36,039 nt of DNA from positions 1-36,039 of the forward strand of contig JBDRPV010000126.1 of the NCBI GenBank assembly GCA_043826745.1, in the 5' to 3' direction. The notes beneath the pieces are model-generated. The model was not told the origin of the DNA. It searched no databases and saw nothing but the letters and a program-made list of their open reading frames with translations. Made by a program: the position numbers and the translations under genes. This document shows positions 34,397 to 36,039 of this stretch, piece by piece; the first letter of the stretch is position 1, and each line of letters starts with the position of its first letter. This stretch comes from Parcubacteria group bacterium. GTDB lineage: Bacteria; Patescibacteriota; JABMPQ01.

Positions 34397-35884
34397 TTAG
34401 CCAATCTTCCCCTTCAACGCCTCCCGCGCCACCTGCGGATCCGCTTTCCCCTTCGTGGCTGCCATCACTTGCCCAACCATAAACTGTAGGGCATTTCCCT
34501 TGCCCGCCTTATAGTCTCCCACTGGTCCCGGATTATCAGCTACCACCTTATCAATAATACCACTAAGCTCATCACTATCCCCTAGCTGCGCCAAATCAAG
34601 ATCCTCCACCACCTGCGAAGGATCTGAGCCTTTAGTAAACATCACTGCCAGCACCTTCTCGGCCGCTGAAGAATTTACCTTACCTTCGTGGATCATCGCC
34701 ATCAACTCCGCAAAGTTCTCAGCTGTAACTTTACAATCAGCCAAGCTAATTCCCTCTTTATTTAGTAATTTGAATAATGGCGAAGTAATCCAATTAAATG
34801 TTTGTTTAATAACTTTCTTAGCTTCCTCACTTAGAACTTCGTCTTTGCCCTCGAATGATTTAATCCACTCCTGAGCCTCCGAAATAACATTCTCAAAAAA
34901 CTCGCCCACCGCCCGGTCATCAACTAACATTTCTGCTTCTTCTGTCTTTAGCCCATATTGTTTTTCTAGTCGCTGGCGACGTTCTTCGGGTAATTCTGGT
35001 AAACTTGTTCGGATTTTATCTAACTGTTCTTTAGTAAAAGTCAACGGCGGCAAATCGGGATCGGGGAAATAGCGATAATCAGCCTCACCTTCCTTAGTCC
35101 GCTGCTCAACCGTTTCGCCCAGGTCATCATTCCAACCGCGGGTTGCCTGGTGTAATTCTTTGCCTGCATCTAGCACCTCCGTCTGCCGGCCAACTTCGTA
35201 AAGCAAGGCTTGCTCGACCGCCTTAAAAGAATTGAGATTTTTAATTTCAGTCTTGGGCAATAACTCCTTGTAGCCCTCCGGACGCAAGGAAATGTTAGCA
35301 TCACAACGTAGCTGCCCTTTTTCCATATCAGCGTTAGACACCCCAATATAAAGTAAAATCTTGCGTAACTTTTGTAAGAAAATACGCGCTTCCTGAGGAG
35401 TACGGATGTCGGGTTTGGTCACGATTTCCATTAGTGGCGTGCTGGCTCGATTATAGTCTACTAGGCTGTAATTGGCTCCATCCGGATGTAGCAACTTGCC
35501 GGCATCTTCTTCCAGGTGAATCCGCTCCAACCTTACCTTTTTAATCTCACCCTCATCTTTTATCTCTAAATATCCTTCACCACACAACGGCTTATCATAC
35601 TGGGAGATCTGGTAACCCTTCGGCAAGTCAGGATAAAAGTAATTTTTGCGGTCAAATTTAGACTCAGTCGGAATATCACAATGCAAAGCCTGACCAGACA
35701 TTATCGTCCACTCGACAGCCTGTTTGTTGATAGTTGGCAACACACCGGGATGACCCAGGCAAACCGAACAAACATTTTTGTTCGGCTCTGTCGGCTCTGC
35801 CTTATTGGGACAGCTACAGAACATCTTTGATTTTGTCTTGAGCTGGACATGTATTTCCAGCCCGATGATAGTTTCGTAAGGCAT
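34397..35884 (-). CDS. gatB: Asp-tRNA(Asn)/Glu-tRNA(Gln) amidotransferase subunit B
   Basis: 495 aa. The N-terminus is MPYETIIGLEIHVQLKTKSKMFCSC...CSVCLGHPGVLP. It also contains RIHLEEDAGK and RKNYFYPDLPKGYQISQ, plus a C-terminal YqeY-like tail. Confidence 0.95.
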   Translation of the reverse strand: MPYETIIGLEIHVQLKTKSKMFCSCPNKAEPTEPNKNVCSVCLGHPGVLPTINKQAVEWTIMSGQALHCDIPTESKFDRKNYFYPDLPKGYQISQYDKPLCGEGYLEIKDEGEIKKVRLERIHLEEDAGKLLHPDGANYSLVDYNRASTPLMEIVTKPDIRTPQEARIFLQKLRKILLYIGVSNADMEKGQLRCDANISLRPEGYKELLPKTEIKNLNSFKAVEQALLYEVGRQTEVLDAGKELHQATRGWNDDLGETVEQRTKEGEADYRYFPDPDLPPLTFTKEQLDKIRTSLPELPEERRQRLEKQYGLKTEEAEMLVDDRAVGEFFENVISEAQEWIKSFEGKDEVLSEEAKKVIKQTFNWITSPLFKLLNKEGISLADCKVTAENFAELMAMIHEGKVNSSAAEKVLAVMFTKGSDPSQVVEDLDLAQLGDSDELSGIIDKVVADNPGPVGDYKAGKGNALQFMVGQVMAATKGKADPQVAREALKGKIG

Positions 35885-35931
35885 GAATTATTTATGAGAT
35901 TGGTTATCCTGTTATGCCTCGAAAATACGTC

Positions 35932-36017
35932 AGATTTCCCCGGCGAGGAAATCTAACTTTGGGAGAGGTTTCGCTCTTCCCGATCAGAATCGGGAAACCA
36001 TGCCCGCTCAACCTCTC
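35932..36017. repeat. Cluster of GC-rich nested hairpins upstream of gatB, at the window edge
   Basis: One hairpin is AGATTTCC-CCGGCGA-GGAAATCT (35932-35954). A second has outer arms GAGAGGTT (35963-35970) and AACCTCTC (36010-36017) enclosing TTCCCGAT-CAGA-ATCGGGAA (35977-35996). No ORF or tRNA-like features are present. Confidence 0.45.
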
Positions 36018-36039
36018 AAAATCCTTCAAAATATATCAG

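Noticed and set aside
34213-34482. 89-aa plus-strand ORF
   Set aside because: It lies on top of the conserved 5' core of the RNase P RNA (GGAGGAAAGTCCGAGC on the other strand), the rnpB promoter and gatB terminator, and the gatB 3' end. It is an artefact of GC-rich RNA-gene sequence.
1-36039. Alternative genetic code (UGA recoding, as in some candidate phyla)
   Set aside because: Well-supported genes terminate at TGA (for example mreC and mreD). No recognisable gene is interrupted by in-frame TGA, and all conserved proteins read through cleanly with code 11.
34397-36039. gatB without adjacent gatC/gatA as an anomaly
   Set aside because: gatB is encoded separately from gatCA in many bacteria, and the window ends 155 nt upstream. 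Nothing can be concluded from this window.
12200-36039. tRNA or rRNA genes in the larger intergenic gaps (12200-12430, 13688-13932, 15325-15573, 17844-18044, 31909-32249, 35885-36039)
   Set aside because: I found no T-loop (GGTTCGAATCC-like) or cloverleaf-compatible arrangement by eye. The gaps are explained by palindromic repeats, promoters and terminators. A tRNAscan-SE/Infernal run would be the decisive check.

Overview
Gene-dense 36-kb chromosomal window in which 35 of the 36 protein-coding genes, and the one RNA gene, lie on the minus strand. Many neighbours have overlapping start and stop codons, and standard code 11 fits throughout. The content is mostly housekeeping. It includes mrdA(partial)-mreD-mreC-mreB fused to proS and rseP, then frr, holB, an IMPase, a GT4 glycosyltransferase, a second mreB paralog and murA. 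It also includes the infA-rpmJ-rpsM-rpsK-rpsD-rpoA-rplQ-rplM-rpsI block, ftsA, alaS, mnmA, a polyprenyl-phosphate sugar transferase, rnpB and gatB. Minimal aminoacyl-tRNA synthetases, Lys-rich extensions on translation proteins and many lineage-specific hypothetical proteins suggest a reduced-genome Patescibacteria/CPR-like bacterium; this is inference only. The items most worth follow-up are listed here. (1) A VirD4/TraD-like P-loop ATPase with no membrane anchor, paired with a dedicated membrane protein and translationally wired into the mnmA-alaS operon, next to a sigma-region-4 plus HARE-HTH protein. (2) An RNase P RNA of about 635 nt carrying two large helical expansions. (3) A family of long palindromic GGGACTG-ended elements bracketing the only plus-strand gene. 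(4) Simple-sequence intergenic hairpins built from GTTAC/GTAAC or AGATTGTAGAT units. (5) ftsA followed by a 610-aa bitopic protein of unknown function instead of ftsZ. No transposase, integrase, CRISPR array, tRNA or rRNA was recognised.
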